A stretch of 64,000 nt of DNA from positions 16,864,001-16,928,000 of the forward strand of contig OX597827.1 in the NCBI GenBank assembly GCA_951406725.2. Reading direction: 5' to 3'. Within the stretch, counting starts at the first letter, position 1; every line of letters starts with the position of its first letter. Position numbers and translations under genes: made by a program. Positions 51,159 through 64,000 of this stretch are shown here, in pieces. A model generated the notes under the pieces. The model ran no database searches. It was not told the DNA's origin and worked only from the letters and a program-made list of their open reading frames with translations. This DNA comes from Octopus vulgaris. Lineage: Eukaryota.

Positions 51159-51265
51159 ATTTCTTACTGATGAATCTGAGGGCCTGTGGAAGATTGGCTT
51201 GATTTAATTTAATCAGGTTAGTTTACCATTAATCAGCAGATGAAACGGTATATCGTATAAGAAAT
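51159..51265 (+). ncRNA. type I hammerhead ribozyme with extended stem II
   Basis: stem I ATTTCTTA (51159-66) / TAAGAAAT (51258-65); CTGATGA 51167-73; stem II ATCTG/CAGAT with an inner 14-bp GU-rich hairpin; GAAAC 51242-46; self-complementary stem III ACGGTATATCGT; GTA cleavage triplet 51255-57. Confidence 0.8.
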
Positions 51266-51487
51266 TACAGGGTAAATGTTTTTTAAATTTTCTCCTGGTT
51301 TACAGAATTAACTTTTATTTGCGGTTGAAGCTTTGGCTGTTATTTCTAGTGGGTGAATGGCCTATTATGGCCGTTCCTTGATTGTTGATGTTAAACTTAA
51401 AAATGGTCTATGACTATTTAATTTTTTCCTACTAGGCCGCTGGTGGCAAAAGAATTCTACAAAATTTTTTTTGCCACCCTATATTGA

Positions 51488-51541
<54 letters not shown>

Positions 51542-51651
51542 ATATGTATATATAAAGCAAAAATGTAAAATCAGTTGAATTCGGTACTTACGTTGAGTCA
51601 ACAGAATTTAGTACGGTATTATCCATACAATTTCTAAATAAGGTGATTAAA

Positions 51652-51721
51652 ATCAAAATAAGCAACAAGGATATCCAGAGGTAATGCACTACCTCTGGAT
51701 ATTCTTGTTGCTTATATTGAT
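51652..51721. repeat. hairpin/palindrome adjacent to (TA)n
   Basis: ATAAGCAACAAGGATATCCAGAGGTA atgcac TACCTCTGGATATTCTTGTTGCTTAT. Confidence 0.9.
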
Positions 51722-52142
51722 ATATATATATATATATTATCTGATTGATGATATAATTCGTTCTAGAACATTCATTAGGGAAATATATTCATTTGTTTAT
51801 CAACATCTATATAAACACGCAGATCTTCAACCTGTAACGAATTTCTCGGACCTTGAATCACTCTGTTACTTCGACTAAGATCTCGTACGACTCTATTCTT
51901 TCTTTATCAACCCTTTCAACGCTTATTCGTTCATTACACCCTTCGTTGTTTCTTTTCCCCTCTCTCGCATTTCTCTGCTTTCTCTTCTTGCTCATTTTCC
52001 TTCTTTTCATTTCAGTGTGTCCCTGTCATTTTTTCTCGCCCCTCCTTAATTCTTCTGTCTCTCTGCCTCTACCTCTCTACCTCTCTCTCTTCTCTCCCCA
52101 CGTTACCGGTGTTCGGCCAAGTCTGATCTTTCTTCTCTTGCT

Positions 52143-52219
52143 TCGGCCGGAATTTGAACTCAGAACCTTAAGACAAACGTTTTGTGCGGCTTGCTAACGA
52201 TTCTACCAGCTCGCCGCCT
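52143..52219 (-). mobile_element. SINE family C head fragment
   Basis: GGAATTTGAACTCAGAAC ... GCTAACGATTCTACCAGCTCGCCGCC. Confidence 0.7.
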
Positions 52220-52310
52220 TATGTTTACCATTGTATTGACACCTTTGTTTTGTGCATTGTGTTTTTTATTTGTTCTTTGTATTCTCTCTACACACGCAAT
52301 ACATACACAT

Positions 52311-52356
<46 letters not shown>

Positions 52357-53667
52357 ACAAACACACACATATATATGTGTGTGTGTGTATTATACGTATT
52401 CTATAATATATAATATAATATATTGCAATATAATATAATACACACACACATGAATATACGCTTATTCATATATACATGTATGTATCTACGCGACCAAGCA
52501 GATACACATAAACATATACATTCACATCCAATCACCCCCCCCACACACACACACACGCAGAACCACTTATAGATGACAGCAGAAGTACATCATTTGTTTC
52601 CAAATGAAATGGAAAAGACAAAAAAAAAAACAACAAAGCACCGAGCATCGACTTCTTCAAAAATCTTCATCATGAACAGGTGCCTGATGAATTTTTGATA
52701 TTCTTACTCCATCTATTCCACTCCACTCTCTATTTGACTTTTGATTGGTTACTCATCATTTTTTGGCATTTGGAGGGGGGGGGGTGCTTTTTTCTATATT
52801 TAACACTTGAAAAAAAAAATTGACAAGACAGCAACAAAACTATATAAAAGAGCAAACAGAAAAGTAAATAAGCAAAAAAATTGATGATAAAAAACATAAA
52901 ACAATACCAAAATATTACATCAAATTGCCTTCTTTTCGATTCCTCATAATAACAAGAGAACATCGCTTGTTGAGGTGAAAAAGTGGTGACTGATAAAGTG
53001 ACAGAGAACGTGAAGAGTGCTAAAAACTCCAATTATACCTTGCGATATTTAGTTATATGCCGTGAATAAACATACATACATGAATGCATACATATATACA
53101 CACATACATGCATTCATGCATGCATCTATGCATTCATTCTTACATGCATACATACATACATACATACATACATACATACATACATACATACATGCATACA
53201 TATTATATATGCATATGTACATATACATGTATATAGGTACAGATATATGTATATATATTTGGTTAATGAGAGACCCCCACTCCACTCCCACCCCCACTAC
53301 CACCACCATTACCACCGCCGCCGCCGCCACCACCGCCACCACCACCATAGCCAACGCCACCGCCACCACCGCCACCACCACCACCACCACCACCAACAAC
53401 AACAACATCAACAACAACGACAACATCAATGGCAATGAAGCATAGCGAAGCGTAATCCAAATTGACAAATTAAAACAAAATATAAATTGTAAAAAAATAA
53501 ATAAATAAAGGGGATAAACGAAACCTTTCTCCAAGTACCCTTCACGTGCGCAGAACTGCCAAGAGGTGACAGCTGACAATGGTACCATGGTCATCACCCG
53601 TCAATAACAGTTTCACCAGCAGTTTTCAATAACATCAATCGAAAAAGAAAAAAAATAATAATAATAT

Positions 53668-54424
53668 ACAGGAGCACTCAGTGAGCGCAAACCTCCGCCA
53701 AGGCAACACCGACGTCGTCTGAGCGATTAGCCAAAGATGATTTTTAAAATGAGGCGTAGGAGTGGCTGTGTGGTAAGTAGCTTGGTTACCGACCACATGG
53801 TTCAGGGTTCAGTCCCACTACGTGACACCTTGGGCAAGTGTCTTCTACTATAGCCTCGGGCCGACCAAAGCCTTGTGAGTGGATTTGGTAGACGGAAACT
53901 GAAAGAAGCCCGTCGTATATATGTATGTATATGTATGTGTGTGTATGTATTTGTGTGTCTGTGTTCGTCCCCCACCAACATCGCTTGACAACCGATGCTG
54001 GTGTGTTTACGTCCCCGTAACTTAGCTGTTCGGCAAAAGAGACCGATATAATAAGTACTAGCCTTACAAAGAATAAGTCCTGGGGGTCGATTTGCTCAAC
54101 TAAAGGTGGTGCTCCAGCATGGCCACAGTCAAATGACTGAAGCAAGTGAAAAAAGTATTCTCTCACGAACGAGAATACTACAAATGAACCCGACTGCTCT
54201 CAATAATTAATAAAAAAAATTAAAAAATGGAAAAATAATCCAGAATCTTTGTCGGGTACCAGATCGATCCCAAATTCTAATCAGGCCGTGCCAGTCACGA
54301 GGCCAAACATCCCTGAATGTTTCATCCGAATCCATCCAGTGGTTCTTGAGATATCTCGTCCATGGACAAACAAACAAAAGCAACCGAAAACAATACCTCC
54401 GCCTTCGCTAACGCGGAGGTAGTA
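53668..54424. mobile_element. Helentron-associated (HINE/DINE-1-like) non-autonomous element, interrupted by SINE B
   Basis: subterminal ACCTCCGCC (53691-99); at the other end a hairpin TACCTCCGC..GCGGAGGTA (54394-54421) whose right arm is the inverse of the subterminal motif; short (CAAA)n; no TSD. Confidence 0.65.
53752..54152 (+). mobile_element. SINE family B
   Basis: colinear with the other B copies. Confidence 0.9.
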
Positions 54425-54653
54425 ATGATAGAAAAAAAAAACAGAAATGGAGAATGAACGCTTACGGTGTAAATGTCTGCTATTATTTGGCTTTCGTGTT
54501 GGTTTAGCATTCAGCCTTTACAAGAATAGAAATGCCATAGAAATATCTGATTAACAAAGTTTACTGATGGATTGGTCTTCAGTCATTAGACTGCGGCCAT
54601 GCAGGGGCAACCACTTTGAAGAGGTCTTTAGTTGAACGAATCAACCCCAGTAC

Positions 54654-54654
54654 T

Positions 54655-54738
<84 letters not shown>

Positions 54739-54739
54739 C

Positions 54740-54813
<74 letters not shown>

Positions 54814-54850
54814 CACCACCACCACTACTACTCCTACCAAAACCACCACC
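54654..54850. repeat. (TAC)n/(TGC)n/(CAC)n trinucleotide array adjoining a SINE B tail fragment (54580-54655)
   Basis: visible. Confidence 0.93.
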
Positions 54851-54929
54851 TGAGGTGGAAATCCACACCACTGTCTCTTCGGTTATCTGGCCACCTTTCT
54901 TTCTTTCTTTTATTATCTTACCGTTTTTA

Positions 54930-55233
<304 letters not shown>

Positions 55234-55277
55234 GAAAGTGGGTTATTCGCAATTTACAACCGAATACACATACACAC

Positions 55278-55378
<101 letters not shown>

Positions 55379-55744
55379 CATACACATCTATACACCGCTT
55401 ACGGTGAAAATGTCTGTTGTTATTTGGGTTTTCTGTTGATTTAGCATACGGTCTTTACAAGAATAGAAATGTAATAATGTCTGATTAACAAAGTTTACTG
55501 ATGGATTGGCCTTGTACAAAGATATTTTGGTGTCTTCTGTTATATGGGTGCTTGCGTGCGTGCATGTGTGTGTGTGTGTGTGTGTGTCTATGTGCGCGGC
55601 GTGTGTGTGTATGTGTGTGTGCTATGAGGTATTGCGAGTGGATACTTGTGGTGTTGTGTTGCAATGGAGTGTTGTGTAGAGTTGTTTGAAGATGTGTGAT
55701 AATGTATGGCGGCGTTGCTGTCTCGGTGTTTGTGATGGGTGTTA

Positions 55745-56243
55745 TCTTTTATCTTTTATCTTTTGTATTTTACTTGTTTCACTCAATTATACTGCGATCA
55801 TGCTGGGGCACCTCATTTAAAAAATTTTTAGTCGAACGATTCTACTCCAGTACATATATATATATATATTTTTGCTTTGTTTTTATCTAAAAAGCCTGGT
55901 ACTTATTCAATTGGTCTCTTTTTGCCGAACCACTAAGTTATGGGGACGTAAACGAACCAACACCGGTTGAAAAGGCGGCGAGCCGGCAGAAACGTTAGCA
56001 CGCCGGGCGACATGCGTAGTCGTATTTCGTCTGCCGTTACGTTCTGAGTTCAAATTCCGCCGAGGACGACTTTGCCTTTCATCCTTTCGGGGTCGATTAA
56101 ATAAGTACCAGTTACACACAGGGGTCGATATAATCGACTTAATCCGTTTGTCTTTCCTTGTTTGTCCCCTCTGTGTTTAGCCCCTTGTGAGTAGTAAAGA
56201 AATAGGTTGTCAAGCAGTGTGTGTGTGGAGTAACACAGACACG

Positions 56244-56280
<37 letters not shown>

Positions 56281-56445
56281 TCTCTCATATACACGTATTA
56301 CGGGCTTTTAGATTCCGTCTACCAAATCCACTCACACGGATTTGGTCGCGGTATAATAAATGGCTATAGTTTAAGACACTCACCCAAGGTGCCACGTAGT
56401 GGGACTGATTCCAGAACAATGTAGCTGGGAAGCAGACTTCTTACG
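55745..56445 (-). mobile_element. diverged SINE B interrupted by a C copy
   Basis: B tail at 55745-55970 and B head at 56206-56445. Confidence 0.75.
55974..56204 (+). mobile_element. SINE family C monomer nested in B
   Basis: complete head and body; GGTTG duplicated on the flanks. Confidence 0.9.
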
Positions 56446-56529
56446 CAAGTTTTGGTGTTCGATCGGAATTTACAAAAAAAATATTTTGGCGTGTTTCATC
56501 GTATAGTGTTGTGTGGTAATAAATATGCA

Positions 56530-56867
56530 AATCGACCCCGGGACTTATTCTTTGTAAGCCTAGTACTTATTCTATCGGTCTCTTTTGCCGAACCGCTAAG
56601 TTACGGGGACGTAAACACACCAGCATCGGTTGTCAAACGATGTTGGGGAACAAACACAGATACACAAACACATACACACACATACATATACATACATATA
56701 TACGACGGTCTTCTTTCAGTTTCCGTCTACCAAATCCACTCACAAGGCTTTTGTCGGCCCGAGGCTATAGTAGAAGACACTTGCTCAAGGTGCCACATAG
56801 TGGGACTGAACTCTGGACCATGTGGTCGGTAAGCAAGCTACTTACCACACAGCCACTCCTACGCCTA
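56530..56867 (-). mobile_element. SINE family B, tail missing
   Basis: colinear with the other B copies. Confidence 0.88.
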
Positions 56868-57592
56868 TTTGTGGGATATATGACGGTGTTATATGTTGTG
56901 GGTTGCCAAGGTGTGTAATATGAACTGATTAACAAACTTTAGATGCGGGAACGTCCGTGGTCAATGTATTTTGTTTTGTGTGTAATGTAGTTTTATGCGG
57001 ATATACGTCATCTTATGTAGTGTTTAGTGGTGATTTCTGGAGATATGTGGTTGTTGTGTGTTGTAAGGTGCGTTGCGTAATGCTCTCTACTCAATAAAGT
57101 TAAGTGGTAGTATGTTCGTGTAGCGTGGCTGGCTGTGGTATGTTGTTTTTTTTTCTGTTTCTTGTGTAGTGATGAGTGGTTTTCTGTTGTATTCTATGGT
57201 GTTGTGTGGTGCTATATCGTATTGCTTGTTTGTTGTTTGATGTACATTGAATAGTGTTGTGTGAGCTTGTGTAATGATGCGAAATACTTTGTGTTGCGTA
57301 GAATATTGCTTTGATGAAATAAGAGAAAGATCGCTCTTTGGGAGATTTTCTCTTGGCTTATGGAATATATATTATGTCGTCATCTGAATATCGTTTGTAT
57401 TTTATCTTTTATTCTTTTATGTTTTACTTGTTTCAATTTATCTTTTATGTTTGCTTGTTTCACTTAGACTGCGGCCATGCTAGTGCAGCGCCTTGAAGTG
57501 TCTTAGTTGAACGGATCGCCTCAGTCTTCCGTGTTAAGATTTTGGTGTCTCTTTTGATGTATTATATAAGTCACCATTGTTCCGCTTCTTTA

Positions 57593-57808
57593 CAAGGGGG
57601 TGCTGAAAAATTCCTGGATTTAGGTAAAAGAAAACACAGGAGGATCAGTTAATTATGATTTTATTCATCATATTCCCTTCCCAGACTCACCCACTTACTG
57701 CAGCGGTCCTTTAGTTTCTACAAGCCCTGTAAAAGAACTCGGCATGTTGGATCACCAACAAGGCCTTTCGCGATACCCTTAAAGCCAAGAACTTTTTAGT
57801 ACCCCTTG
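57593..57808. mobile_element. mariner-type MITE
   Basis: TA TSD at 57591-92 and 57809-10; TIRs CAAGGGGGTGCTGAAAAATTCCTGGATTTA and TAAAGCCAAGAACTTTTTAGTACCCCTTG. Confidence 0.82.
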
Positions 57809-58316
57809 TAGCTTCAAGTAAATACTGATCGAGCAGACTTATGTTCAAAGGCATTCAAGCAGTCTTTTTAGGATATCTAGGATTAAATTACATATTTTTA
57901 AAGATAGAGTATTATTTTAAATCGATTTGGGGGCCTGCTATATTTTGATATAGCGTGGTGTCTTGTGTTGTGGTTTGCTAAAGACAACTAAAGTTCATTT
58001 ACCAGGAGAAATGTAGATTGTAACGTTTCGGGCCTTGGCGTTCGTCTGACGGTGCAAAATCAGAAGGCGCAAATAATGTTGTCATTTTAGTCGAAGATAA
58101 ATAAATGAGGAAGGAAGGGCAGTTGAAAAAGGGAGCAGGGGGTGATGAGGGAGAAGTGAAAGGAATGATCAAGAAAGAGTGGTAGAATGATATAGGGATG
58201 AGGTTCAGGTGATGTGATTGCAAGGTAGGCGATGAAGGTGGAAGGTAAGAAACTAGGAGAGAAAGAAAGAAGGCAGACGGTAAGAAATAAAAAAGAAAGA
58301 ATATACTCAAATATAT

Positions 58317-58348
<32 letters not shown>

Positions 58349-58929
58349 GAAAAGGGAGAAAGAGAGAGAGAGAAAGAGAAAGGGAGAGGATGGGAAAGAG
58401 AGAGAAATAGGGAGAGAGAGAAAGGAAGAGAGAGAAAGGGAGAGAGTGAGAGAGAATGAAAGAAAAGGCACCAGGGCTTTAAACAAAGGCATATAGAAAT
58501 AAAATTATTACCCGTTCAAATATGCTTCGAGCATATTCGAACCTACAAAAAAGCCATTCACTGTATTTTGTCACGGAGAAAATTTTTCGCAGTAGACAAA
58601 ATGTGTAAATACACCGAAATAAGCTACTAAGCATTTCAGATAGGTTATCTCTTCTTCAACCACACAAACTGGACAGGGCATGCTGCGAACTGAACAGAGA
58701 GATAGTCAGCTTATGACGTTCTCGTTATCGTACAATGAATGGTAGTGATAATCGAGCTCTCATATCATTTTGCACCACACCCTGTCCGCTTTCTGTCACT
58801 GAAGAGGAGATAACCACTTCGAAATGCTTGCACCATTTATCTACAGCGAAAAATGTTCCCAATAACAAGACACAGTGAATAGCTTCCTTACGGGATTGAA
58901 TATACTTCAAGTATATTTGAACTGGCAAT

Positions 58930-59270
58930 CGGGTCCCCTTCAGTCACGACACTGACCATGGGATTGCACCTAGAAAGTTACCCTCCTAGTCACAAGTCTG
59001 TGCAAGGTGGTTTTATGGAAGACCAGCAGTCGCCCATGCATACCGGCCTCCCATCTACACGCCACCAGTGTTATCCAAGGGAAAGGCAAAGGGGCCGATA
59101 CAGCTTGGCACCAGTGACGTCGCAACTCATTTCTACAGCTGAGTTGACTGGAGCAACGTGAAATAGAGTGTCTTGCTCAAGAACACAACACGCAGCCCGG
59201 TCTGGGATTCGAGCTCACAGCCTCACGATCGTAAGCTCGACGCTCTAACCACTGAGCCAAGCGCCTTCAC
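58930..59270 (-). mobile_element. CORE-type tRNA SINE with RTE-like 3' tail
   Basis: TGGCTCAGTGG and GCTCGAATCCC boxes; GTGTTCTTGAGCAAGACACT CORE-like segment; TSD ACTGGCAAT at 58921-29 and 59269-77. Confidence 0.85.
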
Positions 59271-59756
59271 TGGCAATAACCTTTTATTTATACACACCAT
59301 TGCTGCCACACAGAAGCAAGTTTGAGCGTCTCTGTAAAACGGGGGTGGGGTGGGGTGGGTTCAAGAGAAGAAGATAAATGGTAATGGTTGGAGTAGAAAG
59401 AAAAGAGCAACAATACCTAAAGCTGCAGTTATTCCAGGAGGTGGACATTTATAAACCAATGTATAATAGAAAAAGAGAAACTTCTTTCAGCTTAGTAGTA
59501 TAGATTGTTATTAATTTTGAAACGACAGAAAAGAAAGGGAAAATGAAATATCTTCTCTTCTGCAGTAAATAATATTATATAAAAACGTATACGTGCAAAT
59601 CATACAAATACACACATTCGACTATCACTGAGATACACGTATCCTCATATACACACACATACATAGGTACGTTCTTACGTACAGATATAAATGCACGCAT
59701 GCATCCAATTATATGCGCACAAACACACACGCAAATATATAAGTATCGGTAAGTAT

Positions 59757-59776
59757 ATAATAATAATAACAACAAC

Positions 59777-59846
<70 letters not shown>

Positions 59847-59863
59847 GTAAAATAATGATAATA

Positions 59864-59895
<32 letters not shown>

Positions 59896-59966
59896 AATAA
59901 TAATAATAATAGTAAATAATAGTAATAATAATGGTGATAATAATGATGATGATGATGATGATAATG

Positions 59967-60019
<53 letters not shown>
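59757..60019. repeat. (TAA)n/(TGA)n microsatellite
   Basis: visible. Confidence 0.96.
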
Positions 60020-60764
60020 TTCATTTCATTTGAGTATTAACCTTAGAGTTTACCCTATAAAACTCATTCATCATACATATATATCTCTCTCTCTTTCTTT
60101 CTCTCCGTCTCTCTCTCTGTCTCTCTCTATCTATCTATCAATATGCAAAAGTATACCTATTCATATATGCACAATATACACCCATACACGTGCGTGTACA
60201 TACATACACAGACAGACAGACACGCACGCACTCTCACATACATACACTGACCCATACGCATGTGTACACACGGATAGTGGAATCATACTAACAAAATCGT
60301 ACACATACGCACCAGTATCCGAATAACTCTTAAGTGGAAGAAAACTTTAGGGTCAGTGCAATACATCAGGAAGGCAGAATCATAGAAATTTTGTGGTGAG
60401 CATTCATTCCGTGACGTGCAAAGATCCTTGGTTTAAACACAAAACCCACTTACCCGGGTTTCTGCGTGTGTGGGTAGCACAGCATAGGACAAGAGGTGAT
60501 CGGAGGAGTGGTCGGACGATGTTAGTTATCTGCTTTACTGGTTTCAAAAATTGCTAGGCTTTCTTTCAATACAACTGGAGATATATATTTCTCCGTTTAT
60601 TTGTATGAGTTATTGCATTGTATTATTTATTACCGAAGAAGTCTTGCTATAATTCATCGCTTCTTCATTCAAAATTCATAACACTAAGAGAAAATCGCTC
60701 TTTGGGAGATTTTCTCTTGGCTTATGTAATATATATTATGTCGTCATCTGAATATCGTTTGTAT

Positions 60765-61008
60765 TTTATCTTTTATTCTTTTATGTTTTACTTGTTTCAA
60801 TTTATCTTTTATGCTTGCTTGTTTCACTTAGAGTGCGGCCATGCTAGAGCAGCGCCTTGAAGTGTTTTAGTTGAACGGATCGCCCCAGTACTTATTTGTT
60901 TAAACTATCGTACTTATTCTGCTGGTTTCATTTGCCGATCTATTTAGATTTAGTTACGGGGACATAGACACACCAACACTGGTTGCCAAGTGGTAGTCAC
61001 ACCCACAC

Positions 61009-61050
<42 letters not shown>

Positions 61051-61092
61051 ACACACACATACACACACAGACAGACACACACAAACGCATAC

Positions 61093-61125
<33 letters not shown>

Positions 61126-61320
61126 AACGCATACACACACACAACATACGTACACACACACAAACACATGTATTCGACGGGCTTGTTTCAGTTTCCATCT
61201 ACCAAATCCAGTCACAAGGCTCTAATCGGTCCGAGGCTGTAGCAGAAGACCAGGGTGCCGTGCAGTAGGACGGAGCCCAGAACCATGTGGTTGGGAAACA
61301 AGCCTTCTTATCACACAACC
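60765..61320 (-). mobile_element. diverged SINE B with expanded internal (CA)n
   Basis: B tail, body and head motifs recognisable. Confidence 0.78.
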
Positions 61321-61699
61321 AAAATAATAAATCCTCCCCTGCAAACTTCTTGCCACAGAGCCACTGGCATACCACCATTACACAAAGAGGATGATAATTC
61401 AGTGTGTTCTTTCCTAATTTGAGGCGGTATGATGTGGTTTGAGGGAAATTTCGCTACTATTTCTAAACAACTCGATTAAAAACGCACAATGGCCGTCCTT
61501 TTATTGTTGGCTCAAAACAAAACTTGACTGTTGTTTTGTTTAGTCTTAGATCAGCCCTTACTGAAGAGACTTTAAATGAAAGACCTTTTCGATAATTTGC
61601 CGCTACCTTTTCCTATAGGAGGGCCGGAGAGCTGCATTACACAGTCATAGACAACACTGGCCATGACAGAGTTCTTTGTGGAGAGGAGCAACTTCAAGC

Positions 61700-62188
61700 A
61701 AGACTCTTTGGGGATTCTTGGAAGGTGCTGTTCCTATTACTTCTCACGTAATGTGGTTTTATGAAATTCTTTGTCACGTTTCATGACAAGAAACCTATTG
61801 CAAATAGTCACCTTCAGGATTTCTTCTATAAGTTGTCAAAGAAGGTGTTTTAGTTGGATCATAGATGAAGAAGAAAATGGAAAGCTCGAAGTCCTCCTAG
61901 ATGCTCAGTACGAAGCATGGTGCAGCTTGGAGCAAATTCGACACAGTAATTCGAAGATTTCCGAGTAACACCGACAGAAAAAATATGGAGCTAGTGAAGA
62001 ACTACTCTAAAATGGATAAAATGGTGAGTGAATGTGCATGACTTTACTGCTAATCTTTATAAATTTAGGAACACGGGGCGAGTGCTCCCATCAGGATATA
62101 CTGGAATTTGAATGCCGCCACCAAAGAGCGTATCATGAAGGCAAAATGAGAGACTATATCGTACGTGAAACCGATTTACAAACATCTA
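61700..62188 (+). pseudogene. decayed DNA transposase C-terminal remnant (Chapaev3/CMC-like)
   Basis: fragments KEGVLVG, AWSKFDTVIRRF, GECSHQDILEFECRHQRAYHEGKMRDY resemble the KEGVFVGP...GERFHQDI..E.RYQG...M..DY motif; superfamily assignment from memory. Confidence 0.55.
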
Positions 62189-62189
62189 A

Positions 62190-62405
62190 GGCAGTGAGTT
62201 GGCAGAATTGTTAGCACACCGGGCAAAATGCTGAGCAGCATTTTGTCTGTTCTTATGTTCTGAGTTCAAATTCTGCCGAAGTCGACTTTGCCTTTCATCC
62301 CTTTCGGGGTCGATAAGATAAGTATCAGTTGGATACTGAGATCGATATTATCGACTTACCCCCCTCCCCCCAAATTGCTGGCCTCGTTCCAAAATTTGAA
62401 AACAA
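62190..62405 (+). mobile_element. SINE family C, older tail variant
   Basis: head, body and GACTTACCCCC...CCAAAATTTGAAA tail as at 6023-6243. Confidence 0.82.
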
Positions 62406-62581
62406 TATAGTCACAAACATACACTTCTAAACTTTATACTTATTTTTGTGTAACATAAGTACACAGACAAATATTTATGATTTTTTTTTTCTGACATTGT
62501 GTGAATGAAAAATTGTATGTTCCTCAGTTTTTCCTCGGGAAAAAATAAGTTTTAAAATATTATTCATGTCACAGAAGTAAA

Positions 62582-63164
62582 CTTTTATACTCTAGGCACA
62601 AGGTCCGAAATTTTGGAAGAAGGGGGTCAGTCGATTAGATCGACCACAGAATTTCACTGGTACTTAATTTATCGATCTCGAAAGGATGAAAGGCAAAGTT
62701 GACCTCGGTGGAATTTGAACTCAGAACATAAAGATGGATGAAATACCTATTTCTTTACTACCCACAGGGTGTTAAACACGGAGAGAACAAACAAGGACAA
62801 ACAAACGGATTAAGTCGATTATATCGAACCCAGTACGTAACTGGTACTTATTTAATCGAGCTCGAAAGGATTAAAGGCAAAATTGACCTCGGCTGAATTT
62901 GAACTCAGAACGTAACGGCAGACGAAATACCTATTTCTTTTCTACTCACAAGGGGCTGAACACAGAGAGGACAAAAAAGGACAGACAGACAGATTAAGTC
63001 GATTATATCGACCCCAGTGCGTAACTGGTACTTAATTTATCGAACCCGAAAGGATGAAAGGCAAAGTCGACCTCGGCGGAATTTGAACTCAGAACGTAGC
63101 GGCAGACGAAATACGGCTACGCATTTCGCCCGGCGTGCTGACGTTTCTGCCAGCTCACCACCTT
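62582..63164 (-). mobile_element. SINE family C trimer with mixed tails
   Basis: perfect 16-bp TSD ATGTCACAGAAGTAAA at 62566-62581 and 63165-63180; junctions at about 62745 and 62930. Confidence 0.92.
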
Positions 63165-64000
63165 ATGTCACAGAAGTAAAGTTCGAAAGAAATAATAGCC
63201 ATTTTATATATTTTTCAACAGAATCAATTAGGGAATAGCACTTATTTCTCGAGAATAAAAAGTGTGTTACGCAGTCTTATTATAAACTAGAAATTATTAT
63301 AGAATGAACTGGAATTAAATCTTAACATTTGAGTTTTATTTCATTTAGTTCCATATTAGAAATAAATATTCTTTGATTCAGTGACTGTTGTTAAAACTGC
63401 CGCAGCTGTATAAATTGCAAACATATAGTTAACATATAAGAGTTTGGCTTTCAGCTAAAACAATTCCGTGGTTTAAACTTTAGCTTCATTCTTGCCAATC
63501 ACTTGAAACCATAGACCAGCAGAAGTTGTTTGAAGGAATAGTATTGCATATCGCCAAAACATCACATTTATTTTGTTAAGAATTTCCAAGAAAGATGGAA
63601 ACACATATATGATTGAAATAACTTCGAAGCATTTATAAGAACCATAATAAATAGCGACTTTAACTCAAACCAAGTCACTTTCATGGAACCGCCATCCCCT
63701 GTTTATTTTCTCAAAGAATTCTGAGAAAGACGGAAACAAACAGATTATTGAAATAGCTGTGTAACATTCATAAGAAATATCGAAATAAATAAATATTAAA
63801 ACAATTTAGATGGAAAGTTATTGGAATATGAAAAGGAAACGAAAACATTAAGTGAAATATATTTTAATTATTTATAAGAAAACTCGAAATAAATAATGGA
63901 GTAATTTTATGAAAGGAAAAACGCAAAAATTATTGAAATAACTTTGGAACATCGAAAACGATAAAAAAGTGGAATGGGAGAAAAGCTTTGATTTCTCTCT

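Noticed and set aside
53247-53445. Poly-His/poly-Thr ORFs as an exon
   Set aside because: (CAC)n/(CAA)n microsatellite with no supporting splice context
58795-58840. CTGAAGAGGAG...CTTCGAAATGCTTGCA hammerhead candidate
   Set aside because: No NUH triplet (reads ACC) and no stem I

Overview
AT-rich eukaryotic DNA, dense in repeats, with no recognisable host protein-coding exon. It is most likely intergenic or intronic sequence from a coleoid cephalopod (Octopus-like). That assignment is an inference from the SINE types and the microsatellite load. Most ORF-track entries are microsatellite or SINE artefacts. Contents: (1) more than 35 copies of tRNA-headed SINEs in three main families, labelled A, B and C here, many with visible target-site duplications (TSDs); (2) decayed non-LTR retrotransposon fragments (RTE, R4/Dong inserted in (TAA)n, HERO-like, CR1/L2-like); (3) DNA-transposon remnants and MITEs (mariner, Tc1-like, pogo-like, Chapaev3-like, a Helentron-associated element, and a GGATC-ended 8-bp-TSD element carrying telomeric repeats); (4) long microsatellites. 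Two signals stand out. The first is a set of short non-coding elements, mostly docked on (TA)n tracts, that carry type I hammerhead-ribozyme motifs: one clean motif at 51159-51265 and several with recurrent non-canonical cores. The second is SINE family C, which occurs as head+(~184 bp body)n concatemers inside a single TSD pair and always restarts at the same hairpin arm. All structures were read by eye; nothing was computed or searched.
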